Positions 9,110 to 19,029 are shown, counted from the stretch's first letter. The stretch: 64,000 nt of DNA from Eubacteriales bacterium (GCA_031553225.1 JAVBLU010000007.1:4300-68299); one strand, 5' to 3'. A program made the numbers and translations. The notes: generated by a model not told the origin, from the sequence alone.

Positions 9110-9832
9110 CTACCTGGCCATGGTTTCGTACAGGGCGATGCCCGCGGCCACGGCCAGGTTCAGCGAGTCCACCAGGGGCGACTGAGGGATGCGCACGGCC
9201 TGGCCCATGCGGGAAAACTCCGGAGGCAGGCCCTCCGCCTCGTTGCCGAACACGAGCGCATAAGGCTCCCGCGGGGGCGCGAGCTCCGGCAGGGCGAGGG
9301 CGCCGTCCAGCATGAACGGGTACAGAGCGTACCCTGGATGCTCGGCGCGGTAGTCTTCAAAGGTTTCGTACGTTTTCGTGCGCAGGCGAAAGAGCGCGCC
9401 CATGGACGAGCGGGCCACATGCGGGTCGTGCACGTCCACGCACGGGGCGATGAGCGCGACGTCCGGCGCGGCAAAGCCCAGCGCGGCCCGCAGGATGGTG
9501 CCCACGTTCCCTGCGTCCGCCGCGCGCACGAGCACCGCCTGGCGCGGGCCGGTCAGCTGATCGGCCCACTTCTCGTACACGCCCACGGCGAAGCAGTTCC
9601 CCTTGGGCGAAAGGCGCGCGATGGCGCGGTCGTCCTCCTTGCAGGGCACCTGCAGGGCGGCGCACTCCCGCCGCAAGGCCGCGACGCCCTCGTTGCGCGC
9701 CCCCTGCGAGGACAGCAGCACGCACAGCGCCTTTTCCGGGCGGGCGCGCAATAGCTCCAGCGAAACGGACGCCCCCAGCGCGTAGCTGTGCGGCATCTCG
9801 CGCTTATAAGGCTTGTAGCGGGGAAGCTCCAT
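9110..9832 (-). CDS. TrmH/SpoU-family RNA methyltransferase
   Basis: DAGNVGTILR, LVFGNEAEGL and DSLNLAVAAGI SPOUT motifs; ATG after AAGGAGG. Confidence 0.92.
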   Translation of the reverse strand: MELPRYKPYKREMPHSYALGASVSLELLRARPEKALCVLLSSQGARNEGVAALRRECAALQVPCKEDDRAIARLSPKGNCFAVGVYEKWADQLTGPRQAVLVRAADAGNVGTILRAALGFAAPDVALIAPCVDVHDPHVARSSMGALFRLRTKTYETFEDYRAEHPGYALYPFMLDGALALPELAPPREPYALVFGNEAEGLPPEFSRMGQAVRIPQSPLVDSLNLAVAAGIALYETMAR

Positions 9833-9949
9833 ACCGCTTGCACCTCCTTGCGGCATTATATCACGGCCGGCGCAATCTTGCGCGCCCATGGTTCGTAAAG
9901 CCATTAATTGGGTATGAAAGGGCATACGGAAACGAAAGGAGATAAGACC

Positions 9950-10330
9950 ATGAAGAACCAAAGGACATACCTCATCTGCGATACCTGCAACACCATGGTC
10001 GGTTTGATGGACGACGGGGGCGGCACCGTTGTGTGCTGTGGCAAGCCCATGCGCGTGCTGGAGGCGAACACCACGGACGCGGCCAAGGAGAAGCATGTGC
10101 CGATCGCCGTGCGCGAGGGCTGCCTTCTGAAGGTGAGCGTCGGTTCGGCGGCGCACCCCATGACGGACGAGCACCACATCGCCTGGGTGGCCACGGCGCA
10201 GGGCGGGCACACCCAGCGCATAACGCTAAGCCCGAAGGACGCGCCCGCGGCGGAGTTCTGCGTGGAGGACGCTCCCCTCACCGTGTACGCCTACTGTAAC
10301 CTGCACGGCCTTTGGAAAGCGGAGGTATAG
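9950..10330 (+). CDS. dfx: Desulfoferrodoxin / superoxide reductase
   Basis: CDTCN...VCCG desulforedoxin domain; EKHVP, HPM..EHHI and YCNLHGLW. Confidence 0.93.
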   Translation: MKNQRTYLICDTCNTMVGLMDDGGGTVVCCGKPMRVLEANTTDAAKEKHVPIAVREGCLLKVSVGSAAHPMTDEHHIAWVATAQGGHTQRITLSPKDAPAAEFCVEDAPLTVYAYCNLHGLWKAEV

Positions 10331-10333
10331 CGC

Positions 10334-10852
10334 ATGACGCCCGAGGTGGAGCGCGCCCTACAAGAGCAAGTGCAGGCGGAGATGTACTCCGCCTATCTGT
10401 ACCTGGCCATGTCGGCCTGGGCGGGCCATGAGAACTGGCCAGGCCTGCGGAACTGGCTGTTCGTGCAGTACCAGGAAGAGACGCTGCATGCGCTCACCCT
10501 GCACGACCAGATCATCGGGCGCGGGGCGCGCTCGGTGCTCATGGCCATCGACGCCCCGCCCGCCGACTTTGGCAGCCACATCGACATCTTTCGGGCCGTG
10601 CTGAAGCATGAGCGCTACATCACCGGCCGCATCGGGGCCATCGCCACCCTGGCGCTCAAGGAGAACGACCACGCGCTCTATCAGTTCATTATGATTTACG
10701 TGAAGGAGCAGGTGGAGGAGGAAGCAAGCGCCACCGACCTTTTGCGGCGCGTGGAGCGCATCGGCGACAACCCCGGCCTTCTTGAGGCGCTGGACAAGGA
10801 GTTGGCCGCCCGCGTCTTTACGCCCAGCTTTGGCGCGGCGGCGCAGGCGTAG
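10334..10852 (+). CDS. ftnA: Non-haem ferritin
   Basis: EMYSAYLYLAM, QYQEETLHA, HERYIT and EQVEEE ferroxidase motifs. Confidence 0.92.
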   Translation: MTPEVERALQEQVQAEMYSAYLYLAMSAWAGHENWPGLRNWLFVQYQEETLHALTLHDQIIGRGARSVLMAIDAPPADFGSHIDIFRAVLKHERYITGRIGAIATLALKENDHALYQFIMIYVKEQVEEEASATDLLRRVERIGDNPGLLEALDKELAARVFTPSFGAAAQA

Positions 10853-10933
10853 GGTCTTTCCCCGCGCCGGATAAACGCGCAACAGCAGCCTGGCGGCTCG
10901 TTCTGCCGGGCTGCTCGCGTGCATGGCCCTTGG

Positions 10934-11743
10934 TTACAGCGGCTTTTTGCACAAAAAAATCTGATTGTAATCGAAGACGGCCGGCCCGGTTACGGGTACG
11001 ATCGCTGGGTCGCAGGCGTCCCCGTCGCACATCGTCACGACAAAGCCGACCCTGCGCAGTTTATCGGCAAAATCGCGGCCATACAGCCGCAGGTGATCGC
11101 TCTGCCCAAAGGCCATGGCGCGCCCGGCCGGGTCGTTGATGGACGGGTCCTCATACGTATCCGCCCTGTCCGGCAGAAGCGGAACGCTCAGCTCCACGCA
11201 GCCGCCCGGCCTGACGATGCGCAGCAGCTCGCGCAGCGCGGCGCCGTCGTCGTCCACATGCTCCAGAACGTGGTCGCAGGAAATGAAGTCGTACGCGCCG
11301 TCCGCAAAGGGCGTATGCTGGATATCCGCCCGAACGTCCGCGGATCTCTCGAACAGGTCGGCGCTGAGAAAGGACCGCTTCCTGCGCTTGAACCAAATGC
11401 GGTACGCATAGGCCGGGGCGAAGATGAGCACCTTGTCGGACGGGCGGGGCAGGGCGTTCTTATCCAGGTAGTCGCAGACGATGCGATGCCTTGGGTAGGA
11501 GCCGCAGTAGGGGCAAACGACGTCTCTGCGGGCGTTTTGGCCGGCTGCGCCGCCGTGCTGTTCCGCGCTGATCACAAACGTGTCGAAGCCGGAAAAATGA
11601 TGTCCGCAGCAGGGGCAACGGACGCGATCGCCCTTTAAACGCATGCGGCGGGGCAGCGACCCAAGGCGCATGTAGGCTGCCTTGCTTGCACGGAGCAGGC
11701 CGCGAGGCAAATGCTTCTTCGCCAAGCGCTTGATCGTTTCCAT
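10934..11743 (-). CDS. Class I SAM-dependent methyltransferase with N-terminal Cys-cluster
   Basis: CPCCG/CPYCGSYPRHR; ADIQHTPFADGAYDFISCDHVLEHV; RIVRPGG. Confidence 0.85.
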   Translation of the reverse strand: METIKRLAKKHLPRGLLRASKAAYMRLGSLPRRMRLKGDRVRCPCCGHHFSGFDTFVISAEQHGGAAGQNARRDVVCPYCGSYPRHRIVCDYLDKNALPRPSDKVLIFAPAYAYRIWFKRRKRSFLSADLFERSADVRADIQHTPFADGAYDFISCDHVLEHVDDDGAALRELLRIVRPGGCVELSVPLLPDRADTYEDPSINDPAGRAMAFGQSDHLRLYGRDFADKLRRVGFVVTMCDGDACDPAIVPVTGPAVFDYNQIFLCKKPL

Positions 11744-11802
11744 AAAAAGCTCTCCCTTCGTTGCGCTCACGCTGAGGAATCCATGCGGAGGAGGCGGCGC
11801 GT

Positions 11803-12765
11803 ATGGACAACCGGCCCGGCGTGGTCATCAACAACCAGGACATATACGAAGGCTGGGCCGATCTTGCGCACGGCGCGGGCATCGGCACGATCGCCCTGCA
11901 CGCTTTTCACCAGGACGGGTTCGTGGCCGGGCTGTACGATCTGCAAAGCATGATGCGCGGCGGGCGCGGTGCGGCCATGCTGCACCGGATGGACGAGCTG
12001 GGCCTTGAGCGCGAGTATATGCTGCACGCGGCGGAGTATCTGCTGCCGCGCGGGCTCTTCTGCGCACACCCAGAGTATTTTCGCATGGACGCAGCAGGCC
12101 GGCGCACGCCGGAGGGAAACTTGTGCCTGCACAGCCAGAACGCCCTGGATATCATGCGCGAGCGCGCCGTGCATCTTGTGCGCAGCCTTCCTTCCACCAC
12201 GCACCGCTACTACCTGTGGGCGGACGACCTGGCCGAGTGGTGCCGGTGCGACAGATGCCGCGCCTATTCGCCGGGCGAGCAGAACCTTCTGCTGATGAAC
12301 GCCCTGCTGCCCGCCGTGCAGGCGGCGGACGGAAAGGGCCGGCTTGCCTGCCTTGCGTACATGAACACGCTTCGGAGCGTGCCGGCGGCGGTGGCCCCGC
12401 TTCCCGGCGTGTTTCTGCAGTGGACCGGGCCGGGCATACTGACGCCCCGATGCACGAACTCCGTGCGTTTTCACCCCGACATGATGCGCGCGATGAACGG
12501 TTACCTGCGCAGCTTTGCCGGCCGGGAGGCCGTCGTGTTGGACTACTGGATCGACCATTCGGTGTACTGCCGCTGGAACAGGACGGGCGAGCGGTTCCGC
12601 TTTGACGAGGACTGCGCGCGGGAGGACATCGCCTTCTACAGGGCGGCGGGCTTTACGCAGCTGACGTCCTTTGCCTGCTTCTTCGACGAGGCGTACTTCC
12701 GCGCGCACGGCGAGGGGCCCGTGCGCTCCTTTGGCGCGCTGTTCGCGCAGGCGGCTAAGGGATAA
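11803..12765 (+). CDS. DUF4838-like uncharacterised TIM-barrel protein
   Basis: HPEYF...NLCLHS, WADD...WCRCDRC, LAYMNT and LDYWID pattern. Confidence 0.65.
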   Translation: MDNRPGVVINNQDIYEGWADLAHGAGIGTIALHAFHQDGFVAGLYDLQSMMRGGRGAAMLHRMDELGLEREYMLHAAEYLLPRGLFCAHPEYFRMDAAGRRTPEGNLCLHSQNALDIMRERAVHLVRSLPSTTHRYYLWADDLAEWCRCDRCRAYSPGEQNLLLMNALLPAVQAADGKGRLACLAYMNTLRSVPAAVAPLPGVFLQWTGPGILTPRCTNSVRFHPDMMRAMNGYLRSFAGREAVVLDYWIDHSVYCRWNRTGERFRFDEDCAREDIAFYRAAGFTQLTSFACFFDEAYFRAHGEGPVRSFGALFAQAAKG

Positions 12766-13459
12766 AACGAAGGACAAAATCCTGATAGCGGCGGTAAACG
12801 GCGAAATCGAGGAAGGCGCAGTGCCCCATGCCCTCCGCTTCCACATACGTCACGTCGTGGCCGCAGGCGCGCATGGCCGCCACAAGCCGGTCGGAATGCA
12901 TGGCCTTGCTCACCGATTGGTCGGCCGTGCCGTGTACCACAAAGTAGGGAACGCGGGGCATCGCGGCGGCCTGCTCGATGGGCGAGTTCTCGGCAAACGC
13001 CGCCTGCATGTCCCCCCCGTCCAAACCGTAGGCGTACACAAATGTGCGCGGCAGGTCCGGGCGTTCGGTCGCGTGGCAGCGCGGATCGGCGACCGGGCAG
13101 TTGCACGCCACCGCCGCGGGCTCCTTTTTCGCATAGCGCGCATAGATGAGCGCCGCGTGCCCGCCCATGCTGCCCCCGCGCAGGATGAGCGGCGTGCCGG
13201 ACGGTAAGCGATACTCCTGAAAAACGCGCCGCACAATCTCGTCCACGAGGGCGCGCGCCTGCCGGTTCATCCAGGACCAGGGCCCATAGTAGGGAAAGAC
13301 GCACAGCGCGCCCGAAGCGGCCAGCTCCAGCTCCTCCGTGTCGGGCAGCTTCTTCTCCATGGAGTAGCCCAGCCCATGGAAGGAGAGCACCACTGCGCGC
13401 ACAGGCCCCTTCACATAGGGCGCGCCCACAAAAGCGACGTCCGTCAGAGCGCCAAACAT
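12755..13459 (-). CDS. Alpha/beta hydrolase (S9/esterase-like)
   Basis: FHGLG, GGSMGG nucleophile elbow, VHGTADQSV, GMGH; ATG after GGAGGG. Confidence 0.85.
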   Translation of the reverse strand: MFGALTDVAFVGAPYVKGPVRAVVLSFHGLGYSMEKKLPDTEELELAASGALCVFPYYGPWSWMNRQARALVDEIVRRVFQEYRLPSGTPLILRGGSMGGHAALIYARYAKKEPAAVACNCPVADPRCHATERPDLPRTFVYAYGLDGGDMQAAFAENSPIEQAAAMPRVPYFVVHGTADQSVSKAMHSDRLVAAMRACGHDVTYVEAEGMGHCAFLDFAVYRRYQDFVLRFIP

Positions 13460-13617
13460 ATCTGTCCCTCCCATGCCTGCCCCGAGTATAGCATCCTGCC
13501 TTTTCAGAGGCAAGCCGCCCGGGCCGGAAATTCGCCACGGAAATTTCACGCCCCGTTCATGAAATAAACGTACGGATTGTGGTAAAATAGGAACATGGGC
13601 ACAAAGGAGGGGGCAGC

Positions 13618-13854
13618 ATGGAAAAAGCAGCCTTCGGTTTACAGGATACGATTTTGAACGCGGTGCGCAAGGAAAAGCTGCCCGTTACGGTACACCTGAT
13701 CAGCGGGCTGCCGCTCAAGGGCATCGTGCGCGGGTTTGACAACTTCGTGATCGTGCTGGAGGGCGACGGGAAACAGATGATGATCTATAAGCACGCCATC
13801 TCCACGGTCACCCCCAGCCGCTCCATCACGCTGAACCCGGAGCTTGATGCATGA
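13618..13854 (+). CDS. hfq: RNA chaperone Hfq
   Basis: LQDTILN..RK...VTVHLISG..LKG.V.GFDNF and QMMIYKHAISTV. Confidence 0.97.
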   Translation: MEKAAFGLQDTILNAVRKEKLPVTVHLISGLPLKGIVRGFDNFVIVLEGDGKQMMIYKHAISTVTPSRSITLNPELDA

Positions 13855-15083
13855 TCCGCCCGGAGGATGTCCGGCAAGCGGAAGAAGCCGCCGCGGGAGC
13901 GTTCTCCCGCGCGGCCGACACGGAACGCACCTGTTTTGCACGCGTGCTGCGCGCCTTCCAAAGCCAGCGCGTGGCGCTTGCGCATTTTTCCGGCAGCACC
14001 GGCTACGCTTACGGCGACCCGGGCCGCGACGTCTTCGAGCGCACGTTTGCCGCGGCGCTTGAGGCGCAATCTGCCCTGTGCCGCCCGCATATCGCCTCGG
14101 GCACGCACGCGCTGGCCGTGGCGCTCTTTGGGCTGCTTTCGCCGGGCGACACGCTCGTGTGCGGCTCGGGCCTTCCCTACGACACGCTGCACGAGGTGAT
14201 CGGCCTTAGCGGCGACGCGCCCGGGTCGCTGAAGCGCCTGGGCGTTTCCTGCGACGTGGTGCCGCTCGCTGAGGGCGGCGGCATCGACCTTGCCGCGCTG
14301 CAGCGCGCGCTGGACAAGCCCTCCGCGCGCGTGGTGGCGCTGCAGCGCTCGCGCGGGTACTCCTTTCGCCCCTCCCTTACGCAGGAGCCTCTGCGGCAGG
14401 CGATTGCCGCCGTACGCGCCGCGCGGCCGGACGCGCTCGTGCTGGTGGATAACTGCTACGGAGAGTTCGTGGAGGAGCACGAGCCCACCTATCACGGGGC
14501 CGACCTCATCGCCGGCTCGCTCATCAAGAACCCGGGCGGCGGCCTGGCCCCAACGGGCGGCTACGTTGCCGGCCGGGGCGATCTGGTGAACCGGTGCGCG
14601 GCGCGTTTGTACGCGCCGGGCGTCGGCGCAGAGATCGGCTCGTATGAACCGGGCTACCGCCTCTTCTTTCAGGGGCTGTTTTTGGCGCCGCACACCGTGC
14701 GCCAGGCAATCTGTTCGGCCGCCTTGGGCGCGGCGCTCTTTGAGCGGCTGGGGTACGAGGTGTCCCCCGGCCCGGGCGAGCTGCGGGCGGACATCATCCA
14801 GGCTGTGCGCCTGGGCGCGCCCGAGCGGCTGATCGCCTTCTGCCGCGCCGTGCAGGCCGCCTCCCCCGTGGACTCCTTCGCGGCGCCCGAGCCGTGGGCC
14901 ATGCCCGGCTACGCCGACGAGGTGATCATGGCCGCCGGGGCTTTCGTGCAGGGCGCAAGCATCGAGCTGTCCGCCGACGCGCCGCTGCGGCCGCCCTACA
15001 TCGCCTATCTGCAAGGGGGGCTCACCTACGAGCACGGGCGGGCGGCGCTGCTGGCCGCCGCGCAGGCCATAGGCCCCGCGTAA
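13851..15083 (+). CDS. YnbB-like PLP-dependent methionine gamma-lyase family ('aluminium resistance') protein
   Basis: STGYAYGD.GRD, SGTHAL, QRSRGYS, VDNCYGEFVE and GSLIKNPGGG. Confidence 0.92.
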   Translation: MIRPEDVRQAEEAAAGAFSRAADTERTCFARVLRAFQSQRVALAHFSGSTGYAYGDPGRDVFERTFAAALEAQSALCRPHIASGTHALAVALFGLLSPGDTLVCGSGLPYDTLHEVIGLSGDAPGSLKRLGVSCDVVPLAEGGGIDLAALQRALDKPSARVVALQRSRGYSFRPSLTQEPLRQAIAAVRAARPDALVLVDNCYGEFVEEHEPTYHGADLIAGSLIKNPGGGLAPTGGYVAGRGDLVNRCAARLYAPGVGAEIGSYEPGYRLFFQGLFLAPHTVRQAICSAALGAALFERLGYEVSPGPGELRADIIQAVRLGAPERLIAFCRAVQAASPVDSFAAPEPWAMPGYADEVIMAAGAFVQGASIELSADAPLRPPYIAYLQGGLTYEHGRAALLAAAQAIGPA

Positions 15084-15137
15084 GGCAAAGGGCGTCCTTC
15101 GCATTCCGCAGCTGCCTACGGGCGTGGAGGTGTGCGC

Positions 15138-15920
15138 ATGTTTCCCATCGGACAGGACGAGGCGCTTTCCATCATCAAAAAGGACAAGCTGTGCTATTTG
15201 TCCGACTACATCGCCCTGACCTCGCGCGGCGGACCGCCGCCGGCCGCCTACGCGCACGAGGGAACGCCCGGCGCGGCGCTGCTGTTGTACCAGGGCGGCG
15301 GGGGCGCACAGGCGTCGGTGGTAAACGGCCCGCCCGCCTTCGCGCTCGCCTGCCTTTCCTGGCTGTCCGGCGCGCATGAGCGCCTGCGCTTTACCTACAC
15401 CGCGCCCAAAGCGCCCGCGCGACTGAACCTGGGCAGCGCGTACTATACCGAGCGCATCACCAGAACCGTGCGTTATGCCAGCCTCGCCCCCCGCGATATC
15501 CTGTGGAACGGGCTGATTTACCAAAGGTTTTCTCGGCCCGACGCGCCTTACGCCCGCGCCTTCCGAGAGGACGTCAAAACGGACGCGCCCACCCTGCGCG
15601 AGGCGTTTCAAACGCACGTTCTGGGCGGCGCGGGCGACGTGTACGCGGCCATGAATCCGGACCACCGGGTGGTGGGGTACCTTCTGTGCCGTCCGGTCGT
15701 GGAGGACGTATGGGACGTGAGCTACGCCTACGTGCTGCCCGCCGTGCGCGACCATGGCATCGGCACGGCGCTTGTGGGCTACTACGCCGAGCAAAAGCGC
15801 AAGGAGGGCCAGGTGCCCTACTACAGCGGCGCGTTTAGCCCCTCCTCCGCCAAAGCCGTGGAACAGGCGGGGTTTTCTCCCTGCAGCGAGAGCATCTCGG
15901 CGGACCTTCTGCGCCTGTAA
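15138..15920 (+). CDS. GNAT-family acetyltransferase (C-terminal GNAT domain)
   Basis: YAYVLPAVRDHGIGTALV acetyl-CoA motif; GGAGG RBS. Confidence 0.75.
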   Translation: MFPIGQDEALSIIKKDKLCYLSDYIALTSRGGPPPAAYAHEGTPGAALLLYQGGGGAQASVVNGPPAFALACLSWLSGAHERLRFTYTAPKAPARLNLGSAYYTERITRTVRYASLAPRDILWNGLIYQRFSRPDAPYARAFREDVKTDAPTLREAFQTHVLGGAGDVYAAMNPDHRVVGYLLCRPVVEDVWDVSYAYVLPAVRDHGIGTALVGYYAEQKRKEGQVPYYSGAFSPSSAKAVEQAGFSPCSESISADLLRL

Positions 15921-16001
15921 AAACGGGCCGGTACAAGGCGCGGCAGGTACGCCCTGACGCGTTTTTTTGTTTATGGAGGCGAGCGCCCGCAGCAGCCGGG
16001 G

Positions 16002-16484
16002 TTACTTGTGGTACGGCTCGCCCGAAAGAATACGCTGGCCGCGGTAGATCTGTTCGAGCAGCATCAGCCGCGCCAGGGCGTGCGGGAAGGTGAGGGCCGA
16101 GAGGGAGAGCTTCACGTCCGCGCGGCTCATCGCCCCTTCGCTCAGGCCGTTGGATCCGCCGATGAGAAACACCATGCGCTTGCCCGTGTCGATATGCGCG
16201 GCCAGGGCGCGGGCGAACTTCTCGGAGGTGTGCGCCTCGCCCTGTATGCACAGCGCAAGCACCAAATCCTCCGGCCGCACGTGCCGCGCAAGCGCCTCCC
16301 ATTCTGCAGCTCGTACGCGCTCAAGCGAAAGCGGGTTGGCCTTTGCGGGGTCACGCTCGTCGGGCACCTCGCGCACCTCCAGCGCCATGTAGCGCTGAAG
16401 GCGTTTTTCGTATTCGGCGCAGGCGTCGCGGTAGAACGGCTCGTTCAGCCGCCCCACGCACAGAATCATCGCCCGCCCGCTCAT
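16002..16484 (-). CDS. rlmH: 23S rRNA pseudouridine-1915 N3-methyltransferase
   Basis: ILCVGRL.E...AEYEKRL, FLIGGSNG, LSLSALTFPH.LARL.LLEQIYR and GEPYHK; ATG overlaps the upstream TGA. Confidence 0.96.
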   Translation of the reverse strand: MSGRAMILCVGRLNEPFYRDACAEYEKRLQRYMALEVREVPDERDPAKANPLSLERVRAAEWEALARHVRPEDLVLALCIQGEAHTSEKFARALAAHIDTGKRMVFLIGGSNGLSEGAMSRADVKLSLSALTFPHALARLMLLEQIYRGQRILSGEPYHK

Positions 16485-17488
16485 GAAAGGCCCGGCAGGA
16501 AGAAAACGCGCACCGTATCCGCCAGATACAGGGCCGCGCAGCCGGCCAGCCCAAGCCAGTAGGGGATGTACGCCCAGGCCCGGGCCCGCTGAGGGGTCTC
16601 GCCGGGCAAAAGCAGGGTTTGGGAGCCGGGCCGCGGCGGGCGGACGGCCAGCTCGCGCCGGCGCAGGTGCCGCCACAGGAAATAAAGCCCCGCCGAAAGC
16701 CCGCCAAACAGCGCCACAAGCACGCAGAAGGACAGCATCTGCAGGGCGGGCGCGGGGAACATATCGCCCGAAGACAGGGCGCCCAGCGCCTGATCGTTCA
16801 TATACGGCAAAAGCCTTTGCATGCCGAAGCTGAGCAGGATGGCGAAGCTGTTGTTCGCCGCGTGGGCGATGACCGGCACAAAGATGGAACGGCTTTCGAT
16901 GCACAGCCACGTGAGGAACAGCCCGAGCAGCACGTGCCCAGGCAGGGCCGCAAGCGAGCCGTGCATGAGAGAAAAGCTGATGGAGCACAACAGGAAGGCC
17001 GCGCCGCGAAATCGCTGGCGGCCGCCTTCCAGACCCGGCAGAATGCCGCCGCGGAAGAGCCACTCTTCGCACACGCCGGGCAGAATGCCCGTAACGAACA
17101 ATGAAAGCACAAGCCCGGACGCGCTGTCCGGCACGAGCTGCTCGGCGGGGCTTGAGATGCTTTTCGCGCCGATCAGCTGCAAAACGGCGATCCACACGCC
17201 GGTCGCGTAGCTGATGGTGAGATACACCAGGAGCGAGAGCGGCACGATGAGCAGCGCCGACCATCCCGGGCTGCACAGCCGCAGCCCGCGGCCGCGCCCG
17301 AGCGCCAGCGTGAGGGCCAAGGCCGCAACGCCTATCGACAGGGGCGTTGCGAACATGGCGTACTGCGTGAGGGTTACGCCCCGCGGCGCCAGGAGCAAAC
17401 CAAATACCGCGCCGCCGATCAGAATGAGTCCCAGCCCCAGAAGGTAGGCAAGGCCGGAGTAAAGCACGCGTCTGGTCGCCCGATCCAT
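16481..17488 (-). CDS. CPBP/CAAX-family intramembrane glutamic endopeptidase
   Basis: PGVCEEWLFRG, FSLMH and VIAHAANN motifs; multiple hydrophobic helices. Confidence 0.92.
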   Translation of the reverse strand: MDRATRRVLYSGLAYLLGLGLILIGGAVFGLLLAPRGVTLTQYAMFATPLSIGVAALALTLALGRGRGLRLCSPGWSALLIVPLSLLVYLTISYATGVWIAVLQLIGAKSISSPAEQLVPDSASGLVLSLFVTGILPGVCEEWLFRGGILPGLEGGRQRFRGAAFLLCSISFSLMHGSLAALPGHVLLGLFLTWLCIESRSIFVPVIAHAANNSFAILLSFGMQRLLPYMNDQALGALSSGDMFPAPALQMLSFCVLVALFGGLSAGLYFLWRHLRRRELAVRPPRPGSQTLLLPGETPQRARAWAYIPYWLGLAGCAALYLADTVRVFFLPGLS

Positions 17489-17586
17489 CGAATCACCCTT
17501 TCCTTGCAATTATAGCACAATGAGCCGGCCGGACGAAATAGTTGGGACGAACGTTCACATTGTACGGGCCCGGGCGTATTGTAAAG

Positions 17587-17786
17587 CAGGTGGACAAACG
17601 GCGACGGACTCTGGGCGGTGCCCACCTCCAGCCGCGCCGCGCCGCCTCACACAAAAGAAACTCCTTCCTGGGGCACACGCAAAGGAATCATGGGACAATT
17701 GAATACCGCTCCTTCCGCCGGGGATGGTGGGGACTTCACCGGCAGAAAAGGGCGCCGCAACTTCCGCGGCGCTCTTTTTGTTTTGT
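17587..17786 (+). ncRNA. Candidate small RNA of unknown class
   Basis: TTCACA-17-TATTGT promoter at 17554-17582; intrinsic terminator at 17745-17786; no credible ORF between them; two CTCCTTCC motifs. Confidence 0.35.
17745..17786 (+). terminator. Intrinsic terminator
   Basis: aagggcgccgc-loop-gcggcgctctt followed by tttgttttgtt. Confidence 0.8.
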
Positions 17787-17869
17787 TATGTGCGGCTTCT
17801 CTGCCCATGCAGGCGGCCGACGCCCGGCCTCCCCTCGCGCGGCGCCGCCGTCTCGCGCCTTGATATGGG

Positions 17870-17898
17870 TTGACAGCTGCAGGCTGCGGCGATATAAT
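17870..17898 (+). promoter_or_regulatory. sigmaA promoter of ilvE
   Basis: Exact TTGACA-17 nt-TATAAT. Confidence 0.9.
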
Positions 17899-17933
17899 AC
17901 CCTAATTCGAAGCATGGAAGGGAGCGGCTCATT

Positions 17934-18995
17934 ATGGCGACACCGATCACGAAAGCGACCCACCTCAAGCAGAAACCGGCCGATGAAAGCAAGCTTGGGT
18001 TCGGCAAGCTCTTTACCGACCACATGCTCTTGATGGATTATCAGGAGGGCCGCGGCTGGTACGATTTGCGCATCGTGCCTTACAGCCCGTTCTCCTTTGA
18101 TCCGGCCACGTCCGTATTCCATTACGGCCAAGCCATTTTCGAGGGCCTGAAGGCGTACCGCGACGACAAGGGCGGCGTACGCCTCTTCCGCCCCATGGAA
18201 AACGTTCTGCGCTTCAACCGTTCCGCCGAGCGCATGTGCATCCCCCAAATGCCCGAGGAAGCCGTTCTTCAGGGTATCAAGGATCTGGTGCTGCTGGAAA
18301 AGGACTGGATTCCGCAGGCGCCGGACACGTCCATGTACATTCGCCCAACGATCATCGCCACCGACCCGGTGCTCGGCGTGAAGGCGTCCTCCACCTATCT
18401 GTTCTTCGTCATCCTCTCGCCCAGCGGCGCGTACTACGCCAGCGGCCTCTCCCCCATCAAGATTCACGTGGAGGACGAGTATGTGCGCGCGGTGCGCGGC
18501 GGCATCGGCTTCACCAAGGCGGCCGCCAACTACGCCTGCTCGCTGAAGGCGGGTGAGGACGCCAAGCACAAGGGCTACACCCAGGTTTTGTGGCTGGACG
18601 GCGTGGAGCAGAAGTACATCGAGGAAGTCGGCTCCATGAACATGTTCTTTAAGATCGGCGGCAAAATCGTCACCCCAGCGCTCAACGGGTCCATCCTGCC
18701 CGGCATCACGCGCGATTCCATCCTGAAGATGGCCGCGCACATGGGGTACCCGGTGGAGGAGCGCCGCCTGTCGCTTGAGGAAGTGGTGGCCGCCCACCAA
18801 AACGGCACGCTGGAGGAGGCCTTCGGTTCCGGCACGGCCGCCGTCGTCTCCCCTGTGGGTTGGCTTGGCGTACACGGCCGCGAGCTGGCCATCGGAAACG
18901 GCATCGGCCCGGTTACCCAGAAGCTGTATGACGCGCTCACCGCCCTGCAGTACGGGCGCGGGGCCGATCCCTTCGGCTGGAGCGTTACGCTGTAA
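17934..18995 (+). CDS. ilvE: Branched-chain amino acid aminotransferase
   Basis: LGFGKLFTDHM, FHYGQAIFEGLKAY, LYIRP-like MYIRP, GFTKAAANY, EEVGSMN and ILPGITR. Confidence 0.97.
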   Translation: MATPITKATHLKQKPADESKLGFGKLFTDHMLLMDYQEGRGWYDLRIVPYSPFSFDPATSVFHYGQAIFEGLKAYRDDKGGVRLFRPMENVLRFNRSAERMCIPQMPEEAVLQGIKDLVLLEKDWIPQAPDTSMYIRPTIIATDPVLGVKASSTYLFFVILSPSGAYYASGLSPIKIHVEDEYVRAVRGGIGFTKAAANYACSLKAGEDAKHKGYTQVLWLDGVEQKYIEEVGSMNMFFKIGGKIVTPALNGSILPGITRDSILKMAAHMGYPVEERRLSLEEVVAAHQNGTLEEAFGSGTAAVVSPVGWLGVHGRELAIGNGIGPVTQKLYDALTALQYGRGADPFGWSVTL

Positions 18996-19029
18996 GCGGC
19001 TGCGCGCCACGGTCGATCCGCGTTCAAAG

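Noticed and set aside
13785-15794. Long alternative-frame or antisense ORFs (also 7214-9055, 41356-43773, 45965-47410, 47660-49378, 59260-60681)
   Set aside because: They overlap well-supported genes, lack recognisable motifs and RBSs, and are expected shadows of high-GC codon bias.
17587-17745. 6S RNA or SRP RNA call
   Set aside because: No SRP CAGGUCCGGAAGGAAGCAGC core, and I could not build the continuous 6S rod with a central bubble by eye.
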